Source: Candidatus Fervidifonticultor secundus (GTDB lineage: Bacteria > Sysuimicrobiota > Sysuimicrobiia > Sysuimicrobiales > Humicultoraceae). From it: a stretch of 64,000 nucleotides of DNA. The notes beneath the pieces are model-generated. The model was not told the DNA's origin. It ran no database searches and worked only from the letters and a program-made list of their open reading frames with translations. Location: positions 32,001-96,000 of the forward strand of contig JAVKIP010000004.1 of NCBI GenBank assembly GCA_031459385.1, given 5' to 3'. Made by a program: the position numbers and the translations under genes. This document shows positions 8,948 through 18,766 of the stretch, piece by piece. Positions within the stretch are counted from its first letter, which is position 1. The number at the start of each line of letters is the position of its first letter.

Positions 8948-9868
8948 GTGTGGCGTTACATCGTCAAGCGGCTGCTCCTGGCCTTCCCGGTCGTCTTCGG
9001 TGTGGCGTTCGTCGTCTTCGCGATGGTGCGGGTCCTTCCGGGGGACCCGGCGCAGATCATCGCCGGCGAGGCCGCGACCCGGGAGTTCGTCGAAGCTGTC
9101 CGGCGAGACCTCGGGCTCGACCGGCCGCTCCTCGTGCAGTTCGCCACGTTCACCGCCAGCTTGCTGCGGGGCGATTTGGGCCGCTCGGTGCGCTCGCGGG
9201 CACCGGTGACCGACGAGCTCTGGGCTCGCATCCCGAACACCGTGACCCTGACGGTGGCCGGGCTGGCGGTCGCCGTGACCGTGGGCGTCTCTGCGGGGAT
9301 TCTCTCTGCGGTGCGCCCCTACTCGCTGATCGACACCCTGGTCATGGTCGCGGCGCTCATCGGGCTGTCGATGCCCGTGTTCTGGTCGGGGCTGATGATG
9401 ATCCTGGTGTTCGCCGTCTGGCTGGGCTGGCTGCCGGCGGTGGGCACCGGGACGCCGCTGCACCTCGTGCTCCCCGCCGTCACCCTGGGGCTGGCGACGG
9501 CGGCCATCATCGCCCGCATGACACGCTCGAGCATGTTGGAGGTGCTCCGCTCTGACTACGTGCGGACGGCCCGCGCCAAAGGTTTGGCCGAACGGGTCGT
9601 CGTCAACCGGCACGCGTTTCGCAATGCGCTCATCCCCGTCATCACCGTCGTCGGCTTGCAGATGGGTGGGCTGCTGTCCGGCGCGGTCCTGACCGAGAGC
9701 GTGTTTGCCTGGCCGGGGATCGGCCGGCTGCTGGTGGAGGGCATTCTAGCCCGCGACTACCCGGTGGTCCAGGGGGCGGTGCTGCTGGTGGCACTGGCGT
9801 TCGTCCTGGTCAACCTGCTGGTCGACCTGCTGTACGCCGTCGTCGACCCGCGCATTCACTATGGCTGA
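8948..9868 (+). CDS. Peptide ABC transporter permease (DppB/NikB-like)
   Basis: LPGDPA, GDLGRS, TRSSMLEVLRSDYVRTARAKG, ESVFAWPGIG. Confidence 0.93.
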   Translation: MWRYIVKRLLLAFPVVFGVAFVVFAMVRVLPGDPAQIIAGEAATREFVEAVRRDLGLDRPLLVQFATFTASLLRGDLGRSVRSRAPVTDELWARIPNTVTLTVAGLAVAVTVGVSAGILSAVRPYSLIDTLVMVAALIGLSMPVFWSGLMMILVFAVWLGWLPAVGTGTPLHLVLPAVTLGLATAAIIARMTRSSMLEVLRSDYVRTARAKGLAERVVVNRHAFRNALIPVITVVGLQMGGLLSGAVLTESVFAWPGIGRLLVEGILARDYPVVQGAVLLVALAFVLVNLLVDLLYAVVDPRIHYG

Positions 9869-10787
9869 GCCCCGGCTTGCGCCGGTGCCGGCGGCGCGCA
9901 CGCGCCGTCCGGCACCGGGCCGGTCGCCCGCGGACCCCCGCGGCGCGCGCCCGCGGGCCCGGACGCTCTGGCGCCAGTTTGGACGCCACCGGGCCGGGCT
10001 CGTGGGCCTGGCGACGCTGACGGCGTTCCTGATCGCCGGGCTGTTCGCGCCCTGGCTGGCGCCCCGCGATCCCTACGAGATCGCGCTGGAGGCGAGCCTA
10101 CGCGGGCCCGACCGCGACTTCTGGCTCGGCCGCGACGAGCTGGGACGTGACCTCCTGAGCCGGGTGATCTACGGTGCCCGGCTGTCGCTGGTGATCGGGG
10201 TCATCGCCGTGGCGATCGGCGTCGGCTTCGGCGTGCCCATCGGCGCGATCTCGGGCTACTTCGGGGGCTGGCTGGATCTGCTGGTCCAGCGCGCCATCGA
10301 CGTGCTGCTGGCGTTTCCCGGCATTCTGCTGGCCATTGTGCTCGTGGCGATCCTGGGTGTGGGGCTCCCTCAGGTCATGGTGGCCGTTGGCATCGTGTCG
10401 ATCCCGGTGTACGCGCGCCTGGTGCGCGGCCAGGTGTTGACCATGCGGAGCCAGGAGTTCGTGGACGCGGCGCGGGCCCTGGGGGCTCCGACCGGGCGCA
10501 TCCTCTGGCGGCACATTCTGCCCAACACCGTGGCGGTTATCATCGTGCAGTCGACACTGCAGTTCGCCTCGGCGATCCTGTCGGCCGCGGCGCTGGGCTT
10601 TCTCGGGCTGGGGGCACAACCGCCTGCAGCGGAGTGGGGCACGATGCTCTCCAGCGCGCGGCAGTACATCAGGCTAGCGCCGCACAGCGTGACCTTCCCG
10701 GGCCTGGCCATCATGCTGACGGTGCTGGGGTTCAACCTGGTGGGTGACGCGGTCCGGGACGCCCTGGATCCCCGGCTCCGCCTCTGA
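9861..10787 (+). CDS. Peptide ABC transporter permease (DppC/NikC-like)
   Basis: LGRDELGRDLLSRVIYGARLSL, EFVDAARALGA, RHILPN, GDAVRDALDPR. Confidence 0.93.
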   Translation: MAEPRLAPVPAARTRRPAPGRSPADPRGARPRARTLWRQFGRHRAGLVGLATLTAFLIAGLFAPWLAPRDPYEIALEASLRGPDRDFWLGRDELGRDLLSRVIYGARLSLVIGVIAVAIGVGFGVPIGAISGYFGGWLDLLVQRAIDVLLAFPGILLAIVLVAILGVGLPQVMVAVGIVSIPVYARLVRGQVLTMRSQEFVDAARALGAPTGRILWRHILPNTVAVIIVQSTLQFASAILSAAALGFLGLGAQPPAAEWGTMLSSARQYIRLAPHSVTFPGLAIMLTVLGFNLVGDAVRDALDPRLRL

Positions 10788-10891
10788 GAGCACCGGCGCA
10801 GCCGCGGGCACGCAGGCGCGCTGCCCGCGGCTGCGTGAGTGAGGGAGGGAAAAGGACGCGCGCGCAACGAAGGAGGCTGCGGCGCCGCGCG

Positions 10892-10920
10892 TTGACACGT
10901 TGTGCAGCGGATCGTAGGAT
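10892..10920 (+). promoter_or_regulatory. Sigma70-type promoter of speD
   Basis: TTGACA-N17-TAGGAT. Confidence 0.7.
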
Positions 10921-10965
10921 TAGGGCTTGTTCCGTCGATGGCGCGCGGGAACGAGGAGGTGGGAG

Positions 10966-11436
10966 ATGGAGCCGGTCGGGCACCACTACGTCGCCGAAGC
11001 CTCGGGCTGCAACCCCGAGATCATCGGACGGGTCGAAGCGGTCGAGCAGATCCTGGTCCGTGCCGCCGAAGTGGCAGGGGTGACCGTCTGGTCGATCTCG
11101 TTCCACCGCTTTCCTCCCAACGGCGTCTCCGGCGTGGTCGTCATCTCCGAGTCCCACCTGTCGGTGCACACTTGGCCAGAGTACGGCTATGTGGCCCTCG
11201 ACATCTTCACCTGCGGCAACGACGCCAAGCCTGAGGCAGCCGTGGAGTACGCGCTGAAGGAGTTCGGCGCCGCCAAGATGCACATCACCGAGATCACCCG
11301 CGGCCTGGAAGAGGGCGATCGCGTCTTCTTCCACAGCATCGTCACCTGGGAAGAGACCCTCCCGACCCGCGACGGCCGCCGGGCCAGGGCGCCCAAGGTC
11401 GTCCGGGCGCCGCGACGCGCGGCGCGCAGCCGCTGA
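10966..11436 (+). CDS. speD: S-adenosylmethionine decarboxylase proenzyme (pyruvoyl-dependent)
   Basis: GVSGVVVISESHLSVHTWPEYGYVALDIFTCG with E|S self-cleavage site; SD GAGGAGG before ATG 10966. Confidence 0.88.
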   Translation: MEPVGHHYVAEASGCNPEIIGRVEAVEQILVRAAEVAGVTVWSISFHRFPPNGVSGVVVISESHLSVHTWPEYGYVALDIFTCGNDAKPEAAVEYALKEFGAAKMHITEITRGLEEGDRVFFHSIVTWEETLPTRDGRRARAPKVVRAPRRAARSR

Positions 11437-11441
11437 ACCGC

Positions 11442-12386
11442 GTGCCGCGCACCCTTGCGGCCGCGGCCGTCGCGCTGCTGGTCGGCGGGGCCGCGGCGGC
11501 GGCCCCGCCGGGTACCGGGCGCTGGGAGGTGCGCGCGCCGATGCTCAGCGAGCGCACCGAGGTCGCCGGCGCCGCCCTGGGTGGCCGCATCTACGTCGTC
11601 GGTGGCTTCGTGCCCGAGGGCGTCACCGGCTCGCTGGAAGAGTACGACGTCGCCACCGATACCTGGCGACGCCGCGCGCCCCTGCCCCTGCCCGTGCACC
11701 ACGCGGCGATGGTGGCCACCGGCGGCCGGCTCTTCGTCCTCGGCGGGTTCACCGGCGGCTGGGTCCCGCTGGACGCCGTCTGGGAGTACGATCCGGCCGC
11801 CGACCGCTGGACCGCGCGGGCCCCCATGGCCGTGGCCCGCGGCGGCCTGGCTGCGGCGGTGGCCGGCGGCCGCATCTACGCCATCTCCGGCACCGGGCCG
11901 GACCGCGTGGACAGCCCGACCACCGAGGAGTTCGATCCTGCGACCAACACCTGGCGGCGCCGTGCGCCGGTGCCGACCGCCCGCAACCATCACGCCGCCG
12001 CCGTGGTCGGAGGCAGGGTCTATGTCTTCGCGGGACGCATCGGGGGCCGCAATCTGGCCGTGACCGAGATCTACGATCCGGCGTCCGATGCGTGGGCGGC
12101 CGGCGCGCCGGTGCCCACGGCCCGCAGCGGCATCGCCGCCGCTGCGGCGGGCGAGCGCATCTACGTCTTCGGCGGCGAACTCGGGCGGCCGGGCACGTAC
12201 GGCGAGAACGAGATGTACGATCCCGCGGCGAACACCTGGAGCGCACGGGCGCCGCTGCCTACACCGCGACACGGGCTGGCCGCCGTCACGGTCGGGGAGC
12301 GCATCTACGTCGTCGCCGGTGGACCCCGGCCAGGCCTCGCCTACAGCGGCGTCACCGAGGTCTTCATCCCGGAGGAGCGGCGGTAA
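11442..12386 (+). CDS. Secreted Kelch-repeat beta-propeller protein
   Basis: Signal peptide then about six repeats of GRIYVxGG...EYDP..xxW...APxP..R. Confidence 0.88.
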   Translation: MPRTLAAAAVALLVGGAAAAAPPGTGRWEVRAPMLSERTEVAGAALGGRIYVVGGFVPEGVTGSLEEYDVATDTWRRRAPLPLPVHHAAMVATGGRLFVLGGFTGGWVPLDAVWEYDPAADRWTARAPMAVARGGLAAAVAGGRIYAISGTGPDRVDSPTTEEFDPATNTWRRRAPVPTARNHHAAAVVGGRVYVFAGRIGGRNLAVTEIYDPASDAWAAGAPVPTARSGIAAAAAGERIYVFGGELGRPGTYGENEMYDPAANTWSARAPLPTPRHGLAAVTVGERIYVVAGGPRPGLAYSGVTEVFIPEERR

Positions 12387-12394
12387 CCCCCGGC

Positions 12395-13645
12395 ATGGGC
12401 GACACCGTGGCCCATGTCCCACGTCCGACCTCGCGGGTCCGGCCGCCCCGGCCGCGGCCGGTGGCCTGGGGCCGGCTGTGGACCATGGCGTTCGCCCACT
12501 TCACGGGCGACCTCTACGCCGCGTTCCTGGCGCCGCTGCTGCCGCTGGTGGTGACCAAGTTCGGGCTGTCGCTGGCGCTGGCGGGCCTGATGGGGACCGC
12601 GTTCAACGCCACCGCCGCGCTCTCCCAACCGCTGTTCGGGCTGGCCGCCGACCGGCTGACCCGGCCCGTCTTCACCGTCGTCGGGCCGACCATCACCGTG
12701 CTCGGCATGGGCCTGGTGGGCCTGGCGCCGTCCTACGCGCTGATGCTGGGCATCCTGGTCCTCACCGGTCTGGGGGTGGCGGCGTTCCACCCCCAGGCGT
12801 TCGCGCTGGCGGGCCAGCTCGGCGGCAGCCAGCGCGGGACTGCGCTGTCGGTCTTCGTGGCCGGCGGCGAACTCGGGTATGCACTCGGGCCGCTGTTCGT
12901 CGCGCCCATCGTGGGCAGCCTGGGACTCCAGGGCACCGTCGCCGCGGCGCTGCCGGGGCTCGGGGCCTGCGGGGCGCTGTGGGTCCTCACGCGCAACTGG
13001 CGCGGGACGCCGCCAGCACCGCCCGACCGCCTGGCCCGCGACCTGCGCCGGCACGGCCGGCTGCTGGCCCTCGTGTGGCTGATCGTCGTGATCCGCAGCG
13101 TCATCATCCTCTCGTTCATCCTCTTCCTGCCGCTGCTGCTGCGCCAGCGCGGGCAGTCGCTGCTGCTGGGCGCAACGGCGGTCTTCCTGTTCGGGGGCAT
13201 CGGCGCGCTGGGCGGGCTGCTGGGCGGCGCGCTGTCCGACCGGCTCGGACGCCGCGCGGTCCTGGCGATCTCGTTCCTGGTGGGCACCCCGCTGCTGCTC
13301 CTGTTCACCGCTACCGCCAGCCCGTGGGGCCTGCTGCCCCTGGCGCTGGGCGGCATGAGCCTGTATCTCTCGGCACCGGTCAACGTGGCCATCGCACAGG
13401 AGGTCCTGCCCAGACGCGCCAGCCTGGCGAGCGCCATGGTCACCGGCATGGCCTGGGGCATGGCCGGGATCTCGCTGACCCTGGTGGGCGCCGTCGCCGA
13501 CCGCATCGGCCTGGCGCAGACGTTGAGCCTGCTGGTAGGGCTCTCGGCTGTGGGGCTGGTGGCCATCTGGGCGCTGCCCACCCGCCGGCGAGGCGGCGAG
13601 GAGCCCGGGGAGGGCGGGCCTGCCGGCGCGCCTACCCTTCGCTGA
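12395..13645 (+). CDS. MFS transporter (fosmidomycin-resistance Fsr-like)
   Basis: About 12 TM; AHFTGDLY, QPLFGLAADR, AAFHPQA, GALSDRLGRR. Confidence 0.88.
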   Translation: MGDTVAHVPRPTSRVRPPRPRPVAWGRLWTMAFAHFTGDLYAAFLAPLLPLVVTKFGLSLALAGLMGTAFNATAALSQPLFGLAADRLTRPVFTVVGPTITVLGMGLVGLAPSYALMLGILVLTGLGVAAFHPQAFALAGQLGGSQRGTALSVFVAGGELGYALGPLFVAPIVGSLGLQGTVAAALPGLGACGALWVLTRNWRGTPPAPPDRLARDLRRHGRLLALVWLIVVIRSVIILSFILFLPLLLRQRGQSLLLGATAVFLFGGIGALGGLLGGALSDRLGRRAVLAISFLVGTPLLLLFTATASPWGLLPLALGGMSLYLSAPVNVAIAQEVLPRRASLASAMVTGMAWGMAGISLTLVGAVADRIGLAQTLSLLVGLSAVGLVAIWALPTRRRGGEEPGEGGPAGAPTLR

Positions 13646-13874
13646 CCGGGGTCACCACGCAGGTGGTCGTGCGCGTCACGCCCGACGTCTCCTGAAACCT
13701 GGAGACGATCAGCCGGCCCAGGGTGTCCATGCTCTCGGTCTCGACGAAGGCGATGATGTCCGTCGGGCCGGTGACGGCGTGGGCCATCTTCACCCCCGGC
13801 GTCTTCTGGATCTGCGCCAGGGCCTCCGCCAGCTTGCCGGGCAGAATGCGGATCAACACGTAGGCCTGCACCAT
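13632..13874 (-). CDS. Stand-alone Lrp/AsnC ligand-binding (RAM) domain protein
   Basis: 80 aa; AYVLI...AHAVTGPTDIIA...GVTRTTTC. Confidence 0.85.
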   Translation of the reverse strand: MVQAYVLIRILPGKLAEALAQIQKTPGVKMAHAVTGPTDIIAFVETESMDTLGRLIVSRFQETSGVTRTTTCVVTPVSEG

Positions 13875-13896
13875 CGGACTCCCTCCGCGAGCGCGT

Positions 13897-14163
13897 TCAC
13901 AGCAGGCTGAAGAGCACCTCCCTGAGCAGCACGACCAGCAGCTGCAGCAGCAGAATGGCCACGATGGGCGAGAGATCCAGGCCGGCGACCGGCGGCAGCA
14001 AGCGGCGCACCGGGTCGAGCACAGGGCTGGTGAAGCGCCACACGGCGTACGTCACCGACGGGAAGCGATGGGCCAGGTCCGGCACCCACGAGAGCACCAC
14101 CCGCGCCAGGATCAGCAGCAGGAACACCCGGAAGCCGAGATCGAGCAGGTCGACCGCGAGCAT
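13897..14163 (-). CDS. yggT: YggT family membrane protein
   Basis: RVVLSWVP...FTSPVLDPVRRLLPPVAGLDLSPIVA; SD GGGAGG. Confidence 0.88.
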   Translation of the reverse strand: MLAVDLLDLGFRVFLLLILARVVLSWVPDLAHRFPSVTYAVWRFTSPVLDPVRRLLPPVAGLDLSPIVAILLLQLLVVLLREVLFSLL

Positions 14164-14239
14164 GCCTCCCTCCCGGTCGCAGGCCCTGGCGTGGAACGCT
14201 TCAATCTTAGCACAGGCCCCGGGCGCGCGCGGCAACGAA

Positions 14240-14269
14240 CGGGCCCCGGACAAACCGCCCGGGGCCCGC
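14240..14269 (-). terminator. Probable intrinsic terminator after cspA
   Basis: CGGGCCCCGG...CCGGGGCCCG hairpin followed by TTCGTT on the - strand. Confidence 0.55.
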
Positions 14270-14291
14270 CGATCGCCGTCTGCGCGAGCGC

Positions 14292-14492
14292 CTAGAGCAC
14301 TGTGACGTTTGCCGCCTGGGGCCCTTTGCGGCCCTCGACGACGTCGAACTGGACCCGCTGGCCCTCTTCCAGCGTCCTGTAGCCTTCGCCCACAATCGCG
14401 GAGTAGTGGACGAAGACGTCCTTCCCGCCCTCGACCGCGATGAAGCCGTAACCCTTCTCCGCGCTGAACCACTTGACCGTGCCTGTTGCCAT
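14292..14492 (-). CDS. cspA: Cold-shock protein
   Basis: [18 protein letters not shown]...DVFVHYSAI...GPQAANV, 66 aa. Confidence 0.95.
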   Translation of the reverse strand: MATGTVKWFSAEKGYGFIAVEGGKDVFVHYSAIVGEGYRTLEEGQRVQFDVVEGRKGPQAANVTVL

Positions 14493-14540
14493 CGTGCTGT
14501 GCCTGCCCTCCGGGTTGGTGTACAGATGCCGTCGCGGGAT

Positions 14541-14590
14541 CACGCCTGCGGATCGTGGAGACACGCCTGAGGATCGTGGTACACGCCGGA
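14541..14590. repeat. About 2.5 tandem copies of a 20-21 nt repeat in the cspA 5' UTR
   Basis: CACGCCTGCGGATCGTGGAGA / CACGCCTGAGGATCGTGGTA / CACGCCGGA. Confidence 0.75.
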
Positions 14591-14602
14591 CCTGCCAGGC
14601 AC

Positions 14603-14631
14603 ACCCTAGCACGCCGATCGCACACCGTCAA
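14603..14631 (-). promoter_or_regulatory. Sigma70-type promoter of cspA
   Basis: On the - strand TTGACG-N17-TAGGGT with TG extension. Confidence 0.65.
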
Positions 14632-14888
14632 TACGAGTTCCGGCTGGCCCCGCCGGGCGCAGCGCGCCCGCCTGGCGCGGGTGCCCGACCCCGCGAGCGG
14701 CCCGGCAACCAGACCGCGCACCACCGCCGGCAGCGGCAGGACTCGCATGCGCCGCAGCGGACCCATGAAGAGTACGTGGCAGACATCATGGCGATCCACG
14801 GCGGGGCTCCGCGGTGCCCCGCCCGTCGTGCGCGTGGTCGGACAACTCCCGAGCGGATTTCGCGCGGCGCTTGGCGACCCTGCTGCGC

Positions 14889-15436
14889 ATGCAGCGCGTG
14901 GCGTTCGCCAGGGCCAATCCCCGTCGGGTACGGGTGGCCGGTTCGGCCATCGGAGGGATCGACAGTTCGTGGTCCTGACCTGGGAGAAGGAGGCAGGCAT
15001 CGACGTCGAATACATCCCGCACGCGGGCGGGGCCGCCACGCTGGCGTTTCTCGGCGGGAACGCCGAGATGCTGGTCGGTAACGTCTCCGAGGGCTTCCGG
15101 CATATCGAGGCCCGGCGCATCGTGCCCTTCGCGGTGGCCAACGAGCGGCGCAGCCCGATCTTTCCCCAGGTGCCTACGGTGAAGAAGAAGGGCTGGGAGG
15201 TAGTCTATGCACGGTGGCGCAGCGTGCTGGCGCCCGCGGGTGTGCCGCCGTCGCGGATCGAGGTGCTGACCGTGGCGTTCCAGAAGGCCCTAGATGCCGA
15301 CGCGTGGAAACGGTTCCCTGCCAACGCCGAGGCGGCCAATCTCTACCTGAGCCCCGCGGATGTCCGCCGGTTCCTCGCGGCCGAGGAGGCCAGGCTGACG
15401 CGGGTCATCGACGGGCTGGGATTGCGTCGGCAGTAG
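14889..15436 (+). pseudogene. Truncated, frameshifted tripartite tricarboxylate transporter substrate-binding protein (TctC/Bug) remnant
   Basis: FARANPRRVRVAGSAIGGID in one frame, shifting at about 14963 to QFVVLTWEKEAGIDVEYIPHAGG...PQVPTVKKKG...WRSVLAPAGVP; no N-terminal half or signal peptide. Confidence 0.7.
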
Positions 15437-15739
15437 CACGGTCCTGCGGGGCCGGTGCTGCCCCAGGCCCACGGGCAAACACCGGGGCGCAAGGAGGAGC
15501 CATGGACGAGTATCAGCACGACGGGCCGCGGCCGGCGGCTGGCCGCGCCGCGCGCGGGCGCCGCATGCGCCAGGAGATGAGGGGGCGGCGGGCTGCCCGG
15601 CACGCCGGCCACGCAGGAGCTGGCCCCGTTCTTCTCCGAGTGGGTGGGTCTCCGATCGGCGGCGGAACGCGTAGGCGAACCCCGGCGTCGGGATGCACTC
15701 CGGCGGCCGTCGCAGGGCAACCCGGCTGCGGCCACGTCC

Positions 15740-18679
15740 ATGAGCGTCGCGGCTCCTGAGCGGCTTGAGCGCCTGACCCGGCACCTGGCCGCCGCCGTCC
15801 GCGGCGAGGTCCGCTTCGATCAGATCTCCTGCACGCTGTACAGCACCGACGCCAGCATCTACCAGATCCTGCCGCTCGGCGTCGTGATCCCCCGCGACGC
15901 GGAGGACGTGGCCGCCACCCTGCGTCTGTGCGCCGAGGAGGGCGTGCCGGTGCTCCCGCGGGGCGCCGGGACCAGCCTCGCGGGGCAGGCCATCGGCCGG
16001 GCCGTGGTCATCGACTGCTCGAAGTACATGGACCGCATCGTGGCCGTCGATCCCGGCATGGGGCTGGCGCGCGTGCAGCCGGGCGTGGTGCAGGACCACC
16101 TGAACGCCGCGCTGGCGCCCCACCGCCTGCGCCTGGGGCCGGACACCGCCACCAGCAACCGGGCGACGCTCGGGGGCATGATCGGCAACAACTCCGCCGG
16201 CGCCCGTTCGATCGTCTACGGCAAGATGGTCGACCACGTGGTCGGGCTGCGGGTGCTCCTGTGGGACGGCACCGAGCTGACGACCGGCCCGCTGGACGAT
16301 GCCGCGCTGGCGGCGAAGCGGCAGGAGCCGTCGCGCGAGGGCGACCTCTACCGCACGGTCCTGGACGTCGTGGAGACCCACGGCGACGAGATCGCCCGGC
16401 GCTACCCGCCCCTGCTGCGCCGCGTGGCCGGCTACAACCTGCCCGAACTGCGCCAGCGGCCGTTCAACCTCAGCCAGCTCCTGGTGGGCGCGGAGGGGAC
16501 GCTGGGTATCGTCACCGAGGCCACGGTGCGGATCGTGCCGCGGCCCCAGCACGCCGTGGTGGGCGTGGTGCACTTCCACGACCTGTTCGAGGCGCTGGAG
16601 GCCACGCCGGTCATTCTGCCCCACGGGCCCTCGGCGGTCGAACTGATCGACCGGCAGGTGCTGGAGATGACACGGGCGCAGCTCGAGTACGCGCGGCGCA
16701 TGACCTTCGTGCAGGGCGATCCGGCCGCGCTGCTGGTCGTGGAGTTCAGCGGCGACCACCCGGGGGAGGTGCGCGCGCGGCTGGACGCCACGGAGCGTGC
16801 CCTGCGGCAGGCCGGCGCGGGCTACGCCGTGGTGCGCGCCGAGGACCTCCCGGCGCAGGACAACATCTGGCAGATCCGCAAGGCCGGCCAGGGCCTGCTC
16901 CAGGGGGTCAAGGGGGACGCCAAGCCCATCGCCTTTGTGGAAGACACGGCGGTGCCGCCCGAGCGCCTGGCGCCGTACATCCGCCGCCTGCAGGAGATCC
17001 TGCTCCGCCATGGCGTGCGGGCCGCGGTCTACGCCCACGCCAGCGTCGGCTGCCTGCACGTGCGACCGTACATCAACCTCAAGGACGCGGCGCAGATCGC
17101 GGCGATGCGGGCCATCGCCGAAGAGGTGGGCGAGCTGGTCATCGAGTTCGGCGGCGCCTTCTCCGGCGAGCACGGCGATGGCCTGGTGCGCTCGTGGTTT
17201 CTCGAGCGCTACTACGGGCCGATCATCTACGGGGCGTTCCGGCGGCTGAAGCAGGCCTTCGATCCCCACGCCCTGCTCAACCCCGGCAAGATCGTGGACG
17301 CGCCGCCCATGACCGAGAACCTGCGCTACGGGCCGTCGTACCGGACGCTTGCGCTGCGCACGCGGTTCGACTGGAGCCGGGACGGCGGGCTGGCGGGGGC
17401 CGTGGAGATGTGCAGCGGGGTCGGCGCGTGCCGCAAGACTACCGACGGGACCATGTGCCCGGCGTACATGGTCACGCGGGAAGAGCGGCACTCGACGCGC
17501 GGGCGCGCCAACCTGCTGCGTGCCGTCCTGTCGGGGGCGCTGCCGCCGGAGGAACTGACGGGCCCGCGGCTGTACGAGGCGCTGGACCTCTGCCTGGAGT
17601 GCAAGGGGTGCAAGGCCGAGTGTCCCGCCAACGTCGACATGGCCAAGCTCAAGGCCGAGTTCCTGGCTCGCTACCACGAGACCCACGGCGTGCCCCTGCG
17701 CGCGCGGCTGTTCGCCGATATCCACCGGCTGAGCCGCGCGGGCGCCGCGCTGGCGCCGCTGTCGACCTGGCTGGCGCAGTCGGCGCCCGCCCGGTGGGCG
17801 CTCGAGCGCCTGGCAGGCGTCGACCGGCGGCGGCCGCTCCCGCCGTTCGCACGTCCGACCTTCGACGCGTGGTGGCGGCGGCACGCCGGCGCGCGTGGGT
17901 CCCGCCGGGCTGCCGCCACGGCCGCGCCGCGGCCGCCGGTAGTCCTCTTCGCCGACACGTTCCTGCGGTTCAGCTACCCGGAGGTCGGCCGTGCCGCAGT
18001 GCGGGTGCTGGAGCACCTGGGCTATGATGTGCGCGTGCCGCCCGTCGCCTGCTGCGGCCGCCCGATGATCAGCAAGGGCCTCCTCGACCGGGCCGCCGCG
18101 CAGGCCCGGGAGAACGTGCGGCGGCTGGTGCCCTACGCGCGGGCCGGCGTGCCCATCGTCGGGTGCGAGCCGTCGTGCCTGCTGACGTTCCGCGACGAAG
18201 CGCCGGACCTGCTCCCCGGCGAGGACGCGCAGACCGTGGCGCGCGCGGCGCTGCTGCTGGACGAGTTCCTCTCCCGGCACGTGCAGGCCCACGGGTGGCC
18301 CGCATCCGGGGCCGCCGCCCGCACGCCTGCGCCGGTGGCGGGCGGCGCCCCCCGCAGGGTCCTGCTCCACGGGCACTGCCATCAGAAGGCGTTGGTCGGC
18401 CTGCAGGCCGCGGTGGGCGTCCTGCGCGCTGCGGGGTGTGAAGTCGAGGTGGTGGACGCAGGGTGCTGCGGCATGGCCGGATCGTTCGGGTTCGAGCGCG
18501 AGCACTACGACCTCTCGCTGGCCATCGGCGAGCGGCGGCTGCTGCCGGCCGTGCGGCGGCAGCCGCCCGAGGTTGCGATCGTGGCCATGGGCGTCTCCTG
18601 CCGCCAGCAGATCGTCCACGGCACAGGCCGGCGCGCGACGCACCTGGCCGAGGTGCTGGCCGCGATGCTGCCGCCGTGA
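15740..18679 (+). CDS. FAD-linked oxidase / 4Fe-4S / CCG-domain fusion oxidoreductase (YdiJ-like, GlcD-GlcF type)
   Basis: YSTDASIYQ, RGAGTSLAGQ, GAEGTLG, HASVGCLHVRP, SGEHGDG, CSGVGAC, CLECKGCKAEC, CCG motifs. Confidence 0.92.
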   Translation: MSVAAPERLERLTRHLAAAVRGEVRFDQISCTLYSTDASIYQILPLGVVIPRDAEDVAATLRLCAEEGVPVLPRGAGTSLAGQAIGRAVVIDCSKYMDRIVAVDPGMGLARVQPGVVQDHLNAALAPHRLRLGPDTATSNRATLGGMIGNNSAGARSIVYGKMVDHVVGLRVLLWDGTELTTGPLDDAALAAKRQEPSREGDLYRTVLDVVETHGDEIARRYPPLLRRVAGYNLPELRQRPFNLSQLLVGAEGTLGIVTEATVRIVPRPQHAVVGVVHFHDLFEALEATPVILPHGPSAVELIDRQVLEMTRAQLEYARRMTFVQGDPAALLVVEFSGDHPGEVRARLDATERALRQAGAGYAVVRAEDLPAQDNIWQIRKAGQGLLQGVKGDAKPIAFVEDTAVPPERLAPYIRRLQEILLRHGVRAAVYAHASVGCLHVRPYINLKDAAQIAAMRAIAEEVGELVIEFGGAFSGEHGDGLVRSWFLERYYGPIIYGAFRRLKQAFDPHALLNPGKIVDAPPMTENLRYGPSYRTLALRTRFDWSRDGGLAGAVEMCSGVGACRKTTDGTMCPAYMVTREERHSTRGRANLLRAVLSGALPPEELTGPRLYEALDLCLECKGCKAECPANVDMAKLKAEFLARYHETHGVPLRARLFADIHRLSRAGAALAPLSTWLAQSAPARWALERLAGVDRRRPLPPFARPTFDAWWRRHAGARGSRRAAATAAPRPPVVLFADTFLRFSYPEVGRAAVRVLEHLGYDVRVPPVACCGRPMISKGLLDRAAAQARENVRRLVPYARAGVPIVGCEPSCLLTFRDEAPDLLPGEDAQTVARAALLLDEFLSRHVQAHGWPASGAAARTPAPVAGGAPRRVLLHGHCHQKALVGLQAAVGVLRAAGCEVEVVDAGCCGMAGSFGFEREHYDLSLAIGERRLLPAVRRQPPEVAIVAMGVSCRQQIVHGTGRRATHLAEVLAAMLPP

Positions 18680-18766
18680 CCGCTGCGCGCCCGCGGCCAT
18701 CGCCGCCGCAGACCGGACGGCACCGCGCGGGTGGCAGCAGATGCGTTGCAGTCTCGGGGGTGCCTT

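Noticed and set aside
14541..14590. Possible mini-CRISPR array
   Set aside because: Repeats are directly adjacent with no spacers, only 2.5 copies, and no cas genes
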